Origin: Octopus sinensis
Lineage: Eukaryota
Direction of reading: 5' to 3'
DNA: 64,000 nt
Assembly (NCBI RefSeq): GCF_006345805.1
Contig: NC_043002.1
Span: 35,464,001 to 35,528,000, forward strand
How positions within the stretch are numbered: position 1 is the stretch's first letter; each line of letters starts with the position of its first letter. Below, one piece after another: positions 23,371 through 36,628 of this stretch. A model generated the notes under the pieces. The model was not told where the DNA came from, did no database searches, and worked only from the letters and a program-made list of their open reading frames with translations. The position numbers and the translations under genes were made by a program.

Positions 23371-24299
23371 TGAGGTGGTTTCTGAAAATTAGGATATTTA
23401 TGTATAATTAAATCAATTGATTTTTTTTTTTAGTTACAGCTAAATGCCCTCCCAATCACTGATTGCTCAGCTCAGAAGTGCAATGAGCCTTGTGTTCAAG
23501 AATAAAACATTAGCTAGAGCAAAGATTTGATCCTATGACCTTGATATTAGTAGTTCAGTATCTTAGCCTCACAGCCATTATTTGAGAAAGAAGAAAGCTG
23601 ATAAAATAAATCAGAAATTATAGTAACATGCTGTTTTTTTTCCAGAACATGAACTAGATGGAAGTAATTATGTATCAGCATGTAACTACTTTAAAATGCA
23701 AACAACTTCTTCCCCACCCTTGTTCTTCTTACACAATTACTAGCAAGTCTTTAATACCAATTAAGGTTGAATTATATTACCATTCTTATGAAGTATAATG
23801 GCCTTGATACTTGAAAAGAAGGAGCACTTATAATTTTCAATCATTGTAAACTGTATTTATATTGAAGCCATTGAACAAACACAAAATTGTTATGGAAATA
23901 TTATATAACATTTATTCTTGATAACAGGTGGTAGGGAATAAATGTCAAAGTACCATTTAGATTACAAAATTTGCTAAGATAATTGAATCAATAGGGTATG
24001 TATAACATGACTTTGATAGTTGTAAAAGGTTAGAGGTAAAAAGGATAAATGTTTAGAGAAAAGTACATAAAGTTTTTAAAATCTTACAGTCTCACATGTT
24101 GATAGTAACAAGAACAGGTTTGTTATAGATACAGGGACAGAAAAATGTAACTCATGGAGAAGAAGAAAAATCAATGCAATACTTTAAGAAACAGAGATTC
24201 ATAGTGCTAGATTATTTCTCTTTGGGGAGTATGCTATTAATTTCTATTTAGGGAGTATGTTGTTTTGTCATGAGTAACTTTCCAAAAAATTCTAATAGG

Positions 24300-26830
24300 T
24301 TAGGCTAGTTTTCAGAAAGGCGAGCATCTTCAACTTACAATGCTGTGCCAAAAGTCTGTCCTCCAGTAGCTTTAGTAGGCCCTCTGTTTCATGTTGTGTC
24401 TCTTCCAATAACATCAATGTAGTTGAGTGGTCTTCATCCTTATTGAGGTGCAGAAGATTCCAAATTTTAACATCTGATATGGCCTATTGTTCAGTTTGAT
24501 AGCTGTGGCCAGTAAAGAATACTCTGCATTGAGCAATAATAGTAGAGATCGGTAAAATGAGTCTATAAATCTCCTCTTTGGCTTTGTGCTCACACCTTAT
24601 TTTAAGACCTTATGTATCATCAAAGCTATCTTGAAGTTCCTCTTTCATAGTCCAGATTCCAGCTCCTCAGAGAAAAATACTCTTTACATATGTGCTGAAG
24701 AAGGCAAGCTGTGTTGACTTTGAAATACTTGATTGCCAGATGTTTTGGAGCTTGTTTCAGACACTCTAAGTCAGTTCTAGCATGTCAGGAAGAATTTCTA
24801 ATTGACAGTAACATAAAACCCAAAGTACCTGAAGTCATTGATTTTGGGACAAATTGGCAGATGGCTTTTGTTTGTTATTGATGTCATGTACTCAATCTTC
24901 TTTAGCATTGAGAAACACCATGTTTTGCTGTTGTATTCTCAGAGATGTTAACAAGTCTTATGCATCATACTGTTCAGTTGATGAGATGTGAGAGCAAGAT
25001 CATCAGTATATATCTAACCTTCTCTGAAGGTCATAGAAATGCAGTTTCTGATATCTTGATCCCTTCTGCTTACTGGTGAGGCCTTTGTCTTGAATGTGGT
25101 TATGATTTTAGCTAAAGACGTAGTCTATTAAAATTTAAAAAAAAGAAAAGAGCTAAGATGTCTCCCTGAAAGATTCCTGTTGTTATTTAAAATTCTTTAG
25201 TCAGATCAGCTGCACTTTGCACAAAGCTTGATTGTCTTTGTACAAGGCAGTGATGGTTTTGGAAATTTTATCTAGTATATCATTGTTCTACAGAATATAT
25301 AACATATGTTACGGAATCACCCGTCGTCGCTCGCCCGAACAGGCAAGTTCGCCACGGAACCGAGAGAGAGGAGAGATAGACACAACAACGACAACAGCAG
25401 CACAGAGATACAGAGGCAACCGAGAGAGACACAAAACAGCAAGGCAACAACTGGCTTACATTTAACACTAGTTTATGACAATCAATTGTTACAACATCAA
25501 AGCATTTAAAGGAAACAACAAATCAATACAGGTATACAACAGATCAAAGCATTTAAACATGCAAGTAACAATATAACAGTCCGGTAACGACACAACAAGT
25601 CATATACAGTTCGAAGGACATTATACAATGTTCAAATCACAACGCTGTACAAAATGTCTTTACACAATTCACATTGTTCATTTCACTGTCTCAGTTCCTT
25701 TCACTGTTCAATACACCAATTCTTTTTTTCCTTCTACAGTCTCTTTACATCGTAGCACGTATCAATACAATTAAATACCTTAATTCCTAATTAGAATAGC
25801 CAGTGTCCCATATTGTAGTCTCTCTCTCTCAGCCGCATATTCCTCTGTATATCTCCCTCCGTGCTGCTAGCTCCAACCTGCCAAGCTCTTGCATCCCAAC
25901 CGCTTGCCCTGACTTCCAAAATCCGACTGTCCTCTTTGATGACCGAATACCAACTGTCTCTCTATCACTACCCCTCAATCTGTCTCTACTGCTCATACCC
26001 TCTCCATCTGCTCTCAGCCCTAACTGCCTATCTCTATCCTCAATCTGTCTCTTAGCCTTATACTCTCTCTATCCCGCCTGGTCCTAATGTCCCTATCTTT
26101 ATCGGCGCTGCTGCTGTCATCCTCTCTATCTGCTCTCAGATTCCTTACTCTATCTTTCTCACGACTTTCCTCTTCCTCGGCCCTCACATCTCTCTGACCC
26201 CGAATCGACTGCACAAGGCCAAAAGGTCCCTCCAAAAAGCCATTACTCTTCCAGTAAACAAAGGGCTGTTGCTTTTCTTCCAGACGTGCCGGCGCCACTC
26301 CCAAAAGTGGGTCAAGAAATACTGCACTAGCCAAACCATAACAATAGCCTTTTTGCTAACACTATCAAATATCTGGGAGAAATCCAGCATGGTACTCATG
26401 TCTTTTGCTTGGAGATTTTGAGCTCTTCTCTAATTCTTCTACAGATAAGAATTTATGGTAGTATTGATCTGCATCTGCAGAAGGCATTTTAGTTCTATCT
26501 TAGGATGGAATCAATAAGGGATAATAAGGAACAGAAAGTTGTAGATTTTTGAGGATTGAGGTGACAATGTGATTTCTCTGTTTTGAGGTAGTTGAAGATC
26601 CCCTTCCTTTGTCAGTGGAATAATTGAAGATTTTGAGAAGGCTTGTTTCTTTTATAGGTCTTGTTGAAGAAGTAGACAATTGTGGAAGAATGGATGCTTC
26701 CAGATGATGACTAGGATGTTATCTGGATCTTGTACCTAGCCGTTTCTTCAGATTTCTAAAGCATTTTTTGAAGATCTTCTATGGTAAATGGACAAATTTG
26801 GATCAGCAGGCTACATGCTTCTTTGTTGTC
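24300..26830 (-). mobile_element. Degraded RTE-like LINE RT relic interrupted by the solo LTR
   Basis: LDFSQIFDSVSKKA at ~26344-26400 continues as MLYIL..ITALYKD..ITTGIFQGD below 25306; NDFRYFG and GIWTMKEELQD near 24600-24850; boundaries approximate. Confidence 0.6.
25307..26343 (-). mobile_element. Solo LTR-like insertion (1037 bp)
   Basis: TGTTA...TAACA inverted termini; CpG-richer than flanks; cleanly interrupts a LINE reading frame; only a 3-bp (ATA/TAT) flanking duplication; strand tentative. Confidence 0.65.
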
Positions 26831-27364
26831 AAGTTTGTTGCTCCAAGATGAATTTGCAATGCAACAATAAGGCATACTAAAGTATGAGAATTTGATGTTA
26901 TGCCCAAGAGTCACAGTGAAACTGAATAGATAACTTTGTGTTGTTATACATTTGAAAGAATTAAAAGGTTTTAAATCTAATGAGTTTTGTTGGAGCAATA
27001 CCAAAGATTTTGCCTTTATGTAGGGCTTTTGAAAAAAACAAAACAAAAAAAGATATGCCTGAATATTTTTTATAAATCTCCACCCATGTTAAAAACCTGT
27101 AGCTACCCCTTTGAAATGATTAAAGTCCACAAGATGAAAGATTAGAATGTGGCAGGTATAGCATACAATGTGAGTATCTAGGTTATTTCAGGTAAGAAGA
27201 ATATGTAGATAACAGCGGTGAAATTTAAATGACTTTGTCATTGAAACATAATTATGTACACAACTTAAGGTTAATAAAAATTCTAAAATTGCTAATTTTT
27301 ATTATTTCTCATGCATGAAAAATTTTGCCAATTAGGTTAGGAATATGAGACAATATATTTAACT

Positions 27365-27560
27365 CATAGGCAGCGAGCTGGCAGAAATGTTAGTGGCATT
27401 TCTTCTGTCTCTAGGTTCTGAGTTCAAATTCCACCGAGGTCGACTTTGACTTTCATCCTTTCAGGGTCGATAAATTAAGTACCAGTTGCGTACTCGGGTC
27501 AATCTAATCAACTGCCCCCTCCCCCAAAATTTCAGGCCTTGTACCTAGAGTAGAAAAGAA
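27365..27560 (+). mobile_element. SINE family A copy
   Basis: GGCAGCGAGCTGGCAGAAATGTTAG..GAGTTCAAATTCCACCGAGGTCGACTTTG..GTCGATAAATTAAGTACCAG. Confidence 0.75.
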
Positions 27561-27644
27561 CATATTTAACTCCAAACCAGGCACAATTCATAAATTTCAT
27601 TATTTTTTTATGATAATAAACCACTCACAACTAATTTTTATAAT

Positions 27645-29335
27645 TCTTCTTCTCAATCCTTTTTTCCCTTGTGGAGCATAGAGCTTCAACAGTTTTTTTC
27701 CACTTTTTGTGATCATTGGCATGTTTCTTGGCTGCTTCCCATGTCAGGTCAATGGTCCTGAGCTCATCCAAAATGCTCCGCTTCCATGTCTGCTTCAGGC
27801 ATCCTCACTTCTTTTTCCTCTGTGGGTTACAGTCAAGTGCTTGTCATGTCACATTTGAGGGTTCTTTCCGCAGTGTGTGTCCAGTCCATCTCCATTTCCT
27901 TTGTTTGATCTGAACATGTATGGTCTCCTGGTTGGCCCTTTCCCACAGGTCGGTGTTTGGTACTCTGTCAAACCACTTCAGATGTAAGATCTGCCAGAGA
28001 CATATGTTGATGAAGGTCTGGATCTTCTTGTAGTTGCTGCAGGTGGCTCTTCATGTTTCAGAGCCATACAAAAGCACAGATTTTACGTTTGAACTAAATA
28101 AGTGGAGTTTAGTTCGAGTTGAGATGGCAGTGGACTTCCATACCAGCTAAAGAATAGCGAAGGCTTGCCAAACCTTCTTGCTTCTTACCCTCATCTGATT
28201 CACCTGATTTACTGCCAAGATAGACAAACTCATTGATATCCTCCACAGGTGCCCCTTGATTGTGATTGGCTCTTCCTGCTTGTTGTTGATACGCAGCACT
28301 TTTGTCTTTTCCTGGCTGATCCTCAAGCCCACTCGCTGTGAAGTTTCTGTAAGGTGGTCTTCCTTATCTTGCAGGTGAAGTGACAGCAGCGTGATATCAT
28401 CTGAGTAGTCCAAGTCCTCCAGCTTGTTCATCAGTGTCTACTGAATACCTTTCCCAGAGGTAGTGTAGGCTGTCCTGGTGATCCAGCCCAGCATGATGAG
28501 GAACAGGAGTGGTGACAACAAACAGCCCTATCTGACTCCTGTGCTGACCCTGAATTCCTCCGACAATCTCCCAGCATGGATGACCTGGCAAGAAAACTCC
28601 TCGTAGAGTAATTGAATAATGTCCATGATCTTCTCTGGCACACCACAGTGTCGTAAGATGTCCCAGATGGTCTGCCTGTCTATGCTGTCAAATGCTTTTT
28701 CAAAGTCGACGAAGCACACATAGAGTGATGTTTGACATTCCATTGTCTGCTCCACAATAACTCTGAGCATCGCAATCTGGTCTGTTTATGATCTCTCCTT
28801 TCTGAAACCTGCTTGCTCATCTCTGAGTTGCTTGTCAAAGGTATCTTTTAATCACTCCAGGATGATTCTTGTAAGGACTTTGCTTGGAATAGAAAGCAAG
28901 GTAATTCCTCTTCACTTTTCACATTGTGATAACTCCCCACACTTTGGCAGCTTCACCAAAAGACACTTCCTCCAGTCGTTTGGGATCTTCTCTGTCGTCC
29001 ATACCAAGTTCAGCACATGGTGCATGTGATCGATCATCTCCTCTTCTCCTGCCTTCAGTGCCTTTGCTGGTATGCTGTCCACTCCTGCCGCCTTTCCGTT
29101 CTTTAAGCTCTTCATGGCTTTGTGGATTTCTGGCTTGGTGATTTCTCCAACGTAGATATTGAGCGGGATCCCTGGCCCCAATTCTAGCTGCTCTTGAGGT
29201 GGAGGCCGGTTAAGTATTTCTTGGAAGTGTTCCTTCCATCACGCCAGTTGGTCCTCAATAAAAGTTAGCAACTGTCCATCCTTGTCCTTTACTGGTCTGA
29301 CAAGGTTGCCGCTCCTTCCACACAGCAACCTTAAT
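27645..29335 (-). mobile_element. RTE (BovB/SR-like) LINE fragment, degenerate RT to 3' tail
   Basis: KNGKAAGVDSIPA, EQAGFRKERS, FVDFEKAFDSIDR, LDYSDD motifs in track ORFs; short (GAA) tail near 27645. Confidence 0.85.
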
Positions 29336-29654
29336 GGTTAAGTATTGTTTAGTTTCAGAGCTTTCACTTTTAGTGAAAAAGTAAAATGAGATCACAGGAA
29401 TATTTAAGAAAGAAACTTTCTCTTTTGTCATCGCAAAACATTCTTGCATGCAAGTAAAATATCTTGAGTACATATATTGGAAGCTTTTTTTGAAAAAATA
29501 GTGGTCTATAGTTAGACACTGCTTTCATATTAATTCATAGGAAGGCTTTGGATAAATCAAAAGATTGTTAATGTAAAATTGTAAAGCTGTTTTAGTCTAT
29601 GTTGACTACAGTGGTGCATGAACTGAATCAAAATAAATATACATATATATATAT

Positions 29655-30045
29655 ATTCTTTTACTTGTTTCAATCATTTCACAGCAGCCATGCTGGAGCA
29701 CCGCCTTTAGTCGAGCAAATCGACCCCAGGACTTATTCTTTGTAAGCCTAGTACTTATTCTATTGGTCTCTTTTACTGAACTGCTAAGTTACAAGAACGT
29801 AAACAAACCAGTATCGCTTGACAACCGATGCTGGGGGGGACAAACACAGATACAAACACATACACACATATATACATATACATATATACGACGTGCTTCT
29901 TTCAGTTTCCGTCTACCAAATCCACTCACAAGGCTTTGGTCGGCCTGAGGCTATAGTAGAAGACATTTGTCCAAGGTGCCACGCAGTGGGACTAAACCGG
30001 GAACCATGTGGTTGGTAAGCAAGCTACTTACCACACAGCCATTCC
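29655..30045 (-). mobile_element. Near-complete SINE: B head, internal microsatellite, C module
   Basis: Head at 29890-30045, (CATATA) hinge at ~29850-29890, C module at 29655-29850. Confidence 0.8.
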
Positions 30046-30559
30046 TATATATATATATATATATAAACTGGCAAAATGACCATTCCTAAATACAACAATA
30101 TATATATATATGTATTTATGTATGTATATAATGTATATATATATATATATATATATAAATAAAATAAAAGCATGAGAGTTGAACAGCGACCAGATAGCAT
30201 TTGTTTTATCTATTTAGCTAAAGGTCATTTCACCACCAATTACCACCACCGCTGCTGCCACCACCACTGCCACTGCCACTACTGCTGCTGTCACAGCTAC
30301 AACCCTGCTGCCAAATCCACCTCTACTGCTACTGTATTAAGTGACACTCATAAATCACACCATTGTAACAGACAATCTTATGATTCACACCATTGTTACA
30401 CATAACACGGTCAGATAGCTTGTGTCATTAAAGCTGCACAACATTTAAATGGAGATTAGCAACTTAAAAAAGAGGTCAGTATGTTTAAAGTTTTATTCAG
30501 TAACTAATGATACAGCTCAGCTAACAGTTTAAGCAAAGGAAAGAGCTTGCTCACCACTG

Positions 30560-30850
30560 AATGGGTTGGATGGAATTTTGTTGAGGGAGATTTTTTATGG
30601 CTGGATGCTTTTACTCAACTGTTTCCAAGTGAGGTAATTTTCCTCATGACTAGACGTTTTTTCATTGAAGATTGGATACAAAGGACACTGCTTGCATGAT
30701 GTGAGACTCACTTATAACCATCAAGGCAGGGTATAACAGCACAAACACACACATATGCAACGAGTTTCTTCCACTTTCTGCCTGCCAAATTCACTCACAA
30801 GGCTTTGTTCAACCAGGGGTTATAGTAGAAGACACTTGCCTCCACCATGT
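30560..30850 (-). mobile_element. SINE: B head remnant, CA hinge, RTE-like D tail
   Basis: ..CACTCACAAGGCTTTG..ATAGTAGAAGACACTTGCC (head) joined through CACACACAC to GGCTGGATGC..TTTCCAAGT (tail). Confidence 0.6.
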
Positions 30851-30999
30851 GATCCATAAATTGTTAAAGAATACAGTATTACAATATTCAGCCTCCTTTA
30901 AGAAAAATCAATAAACTCAGAGATTAAGATTTACCTGAACCTTGATAGTTTTCTCTTTGAATGGCAAAAAAAATCCTTCATAGGAGCAATAGACATAGC

Positions 31000-32700
31000 A
31001 GGGCATTGTGAAATAATTCACTGTCACTGAAAGAAATGAGAGTCCAGAGTGTCATTGAGATTAGGATCTGATAAATCAAACTCCACTATCTTAACTGCTT
31101 CCCATGAAGACTTATGACAATTTAGAACAGAAGAAAACGTCATTACATTCTTGTAGTTCAGCTCTAGCATGTTCATCCTCTTCTCCACATCACTAATAAA
31201 TACGAAAGCTATATGAAGAAAGTGTAATTCTCCAATGTAATATTTTGTCTTTCTTTTATCATGCACAACTGGAATTTATTAAACACAAAGCAGATACTTT
31301 GTTGGAGTGTATTAAGAGTGAAGTGTTTTTGCCATTTATATAAGCCTTCAAGAATTACAGAAGCTACCTTCTTTACAGAAGGATACAGCAATTCACTATT
31401 TGAATTAGTTCAAGACAGACAGCAATAGGGCACCCAACTAGTGTTGTAGTTAGAGTAGTGAGACCATCATGAAGTTCAGCAAGATCATTATTTCTTAAAA
31501 ATGAGGAAATGACTAATACCCTTCACAGAGGACCACCATATACTGTTTGGAAAGGATACACCACTTGGAACAGTTTTAATATTCCTTTACGTGCATTGTA
31601 CTCTGGTCATTCATCCTGATGCCTTTACATAACTGTACAATATGTCTGTTTTGGAGTGCTTTCAGGTGGGAATCTCTTTCTAGAAAGTTCTCCATGATGC
31701 TGTCCACAGATATTTGTGGTCTCGAATTAACTCTGTATCTAAGTCTACTATTTTACTCCACTGTTATTCATGACAGTATGTCTACATTCCATAAGCTTTC
31801 CCTAGAAACAAGATACTATGTAGGAATTGGTCTCATTCTGAAATGTCAGAGCCTCGAGTAAGATATTTAAAGTTTGGGCTCCCAGAAAAATTTGTGATCT
31901 ATCTCCAACATAAAGTATTAGTCTATCAGCAAGTCTCTGAAACTTTCACAGGCTTATGACATTACCAGTACCTCTTTTTCAATGTGAGCATACTTCTGCT
32001 TGATTGGTGGAAGAGATCTGGTAGCGTAAGTAAAATGTCTCCATTCCTTGCTTCACATTTCTTTTTGTAGCAGAACTGCTCCCAGTCTGAAAGTATCTCA
32101 GCTGACACTTTAATCTTTCTTTGACGATCACACAGAATTAACAATGGTGTACTTGAACAGTTCCTCCTCGGGCTGTTCACTGCTTTACTCTGATCAGCTC
32201 CCTAGAGCCAGTGATTCTTCTTAGCCAGTAAGTCTCTTATGGGTTTATCTATTTCTAATAACTTTGGAATAAACTGATTTGCCATCTGCAGAGCTCACTT
32301 ATATTAGTGGGCTCTTGCAGCTTTACTTAGGTCTGACTTTGTTCCTTCATCTGAAATTATATGACCTGGGAATTTTTATCTTCCCTTGTTGAAAGGTAAC
32401 ATTTTCATTTATATTCTCAATCTTCCTCACCACTGCATAAAGTCACAGTTGTTCTGTATGTTCCCATTTCAGTACATCATCCATATGGCAAATACCACTC
32501 TCTAAATGCGGTAACTTCAGTAAATGCTCTATTCCGGAAGTGCTCAGGTATTGAGGCAATCCCCAAAAGTAACCATTTAAAGTATAACTGTCCAAGTGAT
32601 GTAATAAAAGGTCATCAGTTTAACTGATTCCTTGGAGTGATTTACCAGAAAAATTTAGCTTGCAAATATACATTGCATTGGCCAGTCCAAGACTGTAAGA
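31000..32700 (-). mobile_element. Heavily degraded Ty3/Gypsy pol relic (RT to RNase H/integrase region)
   Basis: ITSLGQLYFKWLLLGIASIPEHF, HMDD at 32476-32487, GHIISDEG at ~32342-32366; multiple stops and frameshifts; boundaries approximate. Confidence 0.7.
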
Positions 32701-33049
32701 GAAGACACTTACCTAAAGTATCACACAATGGTTGCTAAGAAAACTTTTTTGTAATCACACAGCAATGCCTTTGCCTGAATGTATTTCTTTTCACTCATAT
32801 ATATTCCACAACTTAGAATAATCATTACACAAAATGGCTTGCTTCCTCACAATACGTCCCAATATTATTCTTTAAGTATCTACTGGTTACACCACAAAAA
32901 TGTAAAAATAAAAAGAAATATTACTTTATTTTTACACTTTGCTATGGCTCCAAAAATTGTTAACAGAATAACTCAGAATATATGAAAAAGTAAATTGATA
33001 AATACAATTGAAATGATATCTGTTCTTTACTTATTATAACTAGTATCTT

Positions 33050-33370
33050 TTATCTTTTATATGTTTCAGTCATTAGACTGTGGCCATACTGGAGCACTGC
33101 CTGGAAGAACCTTTGGTTGAATGAATTGATTACAGTACTTAATTTTTTCAAGCCTGGTACTTATTTTATTAGTTTCTTTTTTTCAAACCACTAAGTTATG
33201 GGGATGTAAATACACTAACACTGTGGGCTTCTTTCAGTTTCCATTTACTAAGTCCACTCACAAGGATTTGGTCATGCTAAGGCTATAGAAGACACTTGCC
33301 CAAGGTGCCAAACAGTAGGACTGAACCCAGAACCATGTGGTTGGGAAGCAAACTTTTTACCACACAACCA
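33050..33370 (-). mobile_element. SINE B+C copy with hinge deleted
   Basis: TTTCAGTCATTAGACTGTGGCCATACTGGAGCAC.. joined to ..CACTCACAAGG..GAACCATGTGGTTGGGAAGC. Confidence 0.7.
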
Positions 33371-33782
33371 AAGCAATAATATATCTTTTGTTGTTACATT
33401 GTTGTGGTGTGATTGGTAAATACAAATAGAATCATGTTAAGAGGCATTATAAGGAAGTAACGTAATCATGTGTAATGTTTGTTCTGAGTTGTGGATTATA
33501 CAAGAGAGACAGTGCACTTTACTAATTTTTGATTTTTCTCTGTAGATTGTTGATAAACAAAATATCCTTTCAACTTGACTTGGTATTTCTGCTTTAGAAA
33601 GCATGGAGGAAATGAAGAGAAATTAATTGGTTACTGAGTTTAAACTAGTTCACAGACTTGGTTCATTAGAAACTTAGATTGTGTTTTGTGGCACTCTAGT
33701 TTTCGCATGTGAAATCTTTGAAAGTGTGTGTGTATGCATATATGATAGGTGGTGGTATGGCAAGAAATTTGTTTGTATGTGT

Positions 33783-34781
33783 GTGTGAATACAATGGTTT
33801 ACTTTTGGCCAAATACTTTTCTTGCAACTGTCTCATTATGAAGATAGCATCTGTGGTACTTCTCCCTGGAACAAAACCAAACTGCATCTCATGTAGCTTA
33901 ATTCTATCCATAATCAGTTGGAAGTGGTCTAACGAATGGGACCTGTGTCTGAACGTGTCAAAGTGCTGTCATCTGCCTGTTGGCTCCCCTCCTGCAACTC
34001 AACTTGATTTCGAGCCGGGTCGTCTGCTGCTGGAGAGGACCGATCAGGTAAAGGACCTGGGTATCTTGGTGGATTCCTCCTTTTCGCCTTCGGCCCAGTG
34101 CGTCCATGCTGCCAACAAAGCACGCGGAATTCTGTTCTTGATTCGACGGTCATTCGGAATGCTCACAGCAACCATATTCCTACCACTCTATGTCACGCTG
34201 GTGAGACCCATATTGGAGTACGGGATTCAAGCCTCTTCTCCTTATCTCCTCAAAGACATACAGCATCTCGAAAGAGTCCAGAAGCTGGCTACCCGCATGG
34301 TTCATGGTCTCAAAAATTTGTCCTACGAAGAAAGGCTGAGGACGCTCGACCTTTATTCTCTTGAAAAACGCCGCCGCCGTGGTGATCTCATTCTCGCCCA
34401 CAACATCATAAGCGGAAAGTGTAACCTCTCGAAAGAGCTGTTCTTCACCCCTGCTCCAGAGCGTCGGCTGCGGGGTCATTCCGAAAAGCTCTACCTGCGA
34501 CGATTTCATCTCAATCGAAGGAGAGGAGCTTTCTCTGTCCAGGTTGCGGATCCGTGGAACAAGCTGCCAGACGAGATGGTGAAGATGCCGACGACCGCTT
34601 TGTTCAAAGCCTCCCTTGACCTCAAGTGGCCTGAACTCTTTACATGAACACCACCCTGTACTTAACTCCATGTCCCCCTACATGGCCTTGCTATTTGCTT
34701 TTGAGCCAAATTAACTAACTAACTAACTAACTAACTAGATATAACTCACTCCGTAATTTTCATGACCTTGTCCAGCAGCTT
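33783..34781 (-). mobile_element. RTE RT fragment split by a CR1 insertion
   Basis: KLLDKVMKITE*VIS (34781-34737) rejoins QLIMDRIKLHEMQFGFVPGRSTTDAIF (33920-33783). Confidence 0.8.
33918..34736 (+). mobile_element. Young 5'-truncated CR1-clade LINE (family 2) with (TAAC)n tail
   Basis: Open frame KDLGILVD..LVRPILEYG..LERVQKLATR..SLEKRRRRGDLI..WNKLP; tail AACTAACTAACT. Confidence 0.9.
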
Positions 34782-34809
34782 GGACATTAAACAACGATGA
34801 TGATGATGA

Positions 34810-35210
34810 CCCACATGGTTGTGGGTTCAGTCCCACCATGTGGCACCTTGGGCAAGTGTCTTCTATGATAATCTTGGGTTGCTCAGAGCAGATTTGATAG
34901 ACAGAAACTGAAAGAAGCTCATCATACATACATATATATTATGTATGTATGTGTGTGTGAGTGTGTATATGTATGTATGTATTTGTGTTTTAAGTGTGAG
35001 TGTGTGAATGCTTGTATCTCCTTGTCTTGATATTGCATGATAGCTGTAAATGCAGTGTCATTGACTTCGTATATTCTGTGAGAACATGTCCAGCCATGAG
35101 AAAATATTACTATGCTTGGAAACAAGTGACAATTGGTGACAGGAAGGGCATCTTGTCATAGAAAAATCTGCCTCTATAAATTCCACCTGATTAAAATGAT
35201 GACAATGACA
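34810..35210 (+). mobile_element. SINE: B head remnant, (TG) hinge, RTE-like D tail
   Basis: CACATGGTTGTGGGTTCAGTCCC..AAAGAAGCTC, microsatellite, ..TTGGTGACAGGAAGGGCATC..TAGAAAAATCTGCC. Confidence 0.65.
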
Positions 35211-35868
35211 ATGTATGTGTGTGTGTGTATATATATATATACACACACATGCGCAAAAGAGAACAAGTAGAAAGGTCTGCAGGTAATGGAAAACTACAGG
35301 TTTAATTATTAATTAAATGTGCTTTAGTGGATGAAGTGAATGTTACTGATTAAAAAACGAGTTGTGCTGTTAATTTTGAGTAGGATTTGGTAGGAATTAA
35401 TATGATCAATCTTTGATGGCATAAAAGAAAATTATTTAGCTGAACCCTGAAGCTGCTTTTGCTAAAATGTGAAGATGGTGAAAATATACTATGAGGCAAC
35501 ATGTCAGGAATACAAACTTTATTGTACAATAATATAAATGTTAATCTACTGTTGACTTGAATGTGACTGTTTCATCTCATATAATGTATCAACAGGTCTT
35601 TTAATTTTCATATGAATATAGTGCCATAGTAGTGAAAGTGGATATCAAGAAAAGCTATGGTTTAAGTTCTCACATATCTTTGATAATGGTTCTTTAATGT
35701 CACAGAACTCTTTTCTTGCTTTTTTTTTTTGTAAATGAACACTTTTATAATTAGTTAAACTAAAATATGATCCCAGTTTGTTTGGGGAAGCTCTTACAAA
35801 ATTGAAGTGAATATTTTGAATTAAAGAAATGAAAATGAGATAAAATAATATAATACAACTTTATTTAC

Positions 35869-35950
35869 CTGTTTTCTGCATGATACCTCCAAGAAAAACA
35901 GGTTTTAAACACAAATTAATGTTCCAGTAGTTTTTATATCTGTTTAACAC
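35869..35950 (-). CDS. GSTK1: GSTK1 coding exon 2 (82 bp)
   Basis: TTTCAG|GTGTTA...ACAG|GTAAAT; VLNRYKNYWNINLCLKPVFLGGIMQKT(G); phase 0 to 1. Confidence 0.95.
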
Positions 35951-36628
35951 CTGAAATAAATATTTTTTCAATATATTTCTAACCAAGGTGTGCCAACAGC
36001 ATTAAGTAGTACATAAACACAAAAAGAGAGTTTTAAACATTTATTTTATAACCAACGATTACACGTAACTAATTTGTTATTAAAATGTAAATTTTATTGA
36101 ATTATCAATTCAAGAAATTCATTTTCATTTTTAAAATACTCAGCAAACAGATTATTCCCAAGCTTCATAACAAGTTCTCATGGATACAATGATTTATTTT
36201 TTGTATTGGATTTGACATCCTATTTCTTCTTCTTGTCATAAATTACTTCTCGAATTGGTTAACAACTAATTTATGTTGGTAACCCATCGACGTAAGAATT
36301 TACTGCTTTATGCATAAACTTAAGCAATATTTTCTATCAACATATTTTTTATCTTTGGGACTTCAGGACGTTATTGATGGAAGGGAAATAACTCCAATTC
36401 AATGAGTAACGAAAGCAGCTAATGAAAATAGAACAGGAAACAAAAGATTAAGTTAATTGAATGAGATAACAACAATAGATATCTTCAAGCAAGTACTCAT
36501 AAATAGTGATGTTGCAATAAATATAAAATATTTTATAGTTTATTTGGGGAGGGCGTTGAAGAGAGCAAAGTCCTTCCCAGTGATTTACTGCTCGCATCAT
36601 CCTGTTTCAACATCGTTTATATTGTTAA

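Noticed and set aside
25307-32700. Solo LTR and Gypsy pol relic as one element
   Set aside because: They are 4.7 kb apart with other elements between; the LTR looks young and has its own flanking duplication, the pol is heavily decayed, and there is no second LTR
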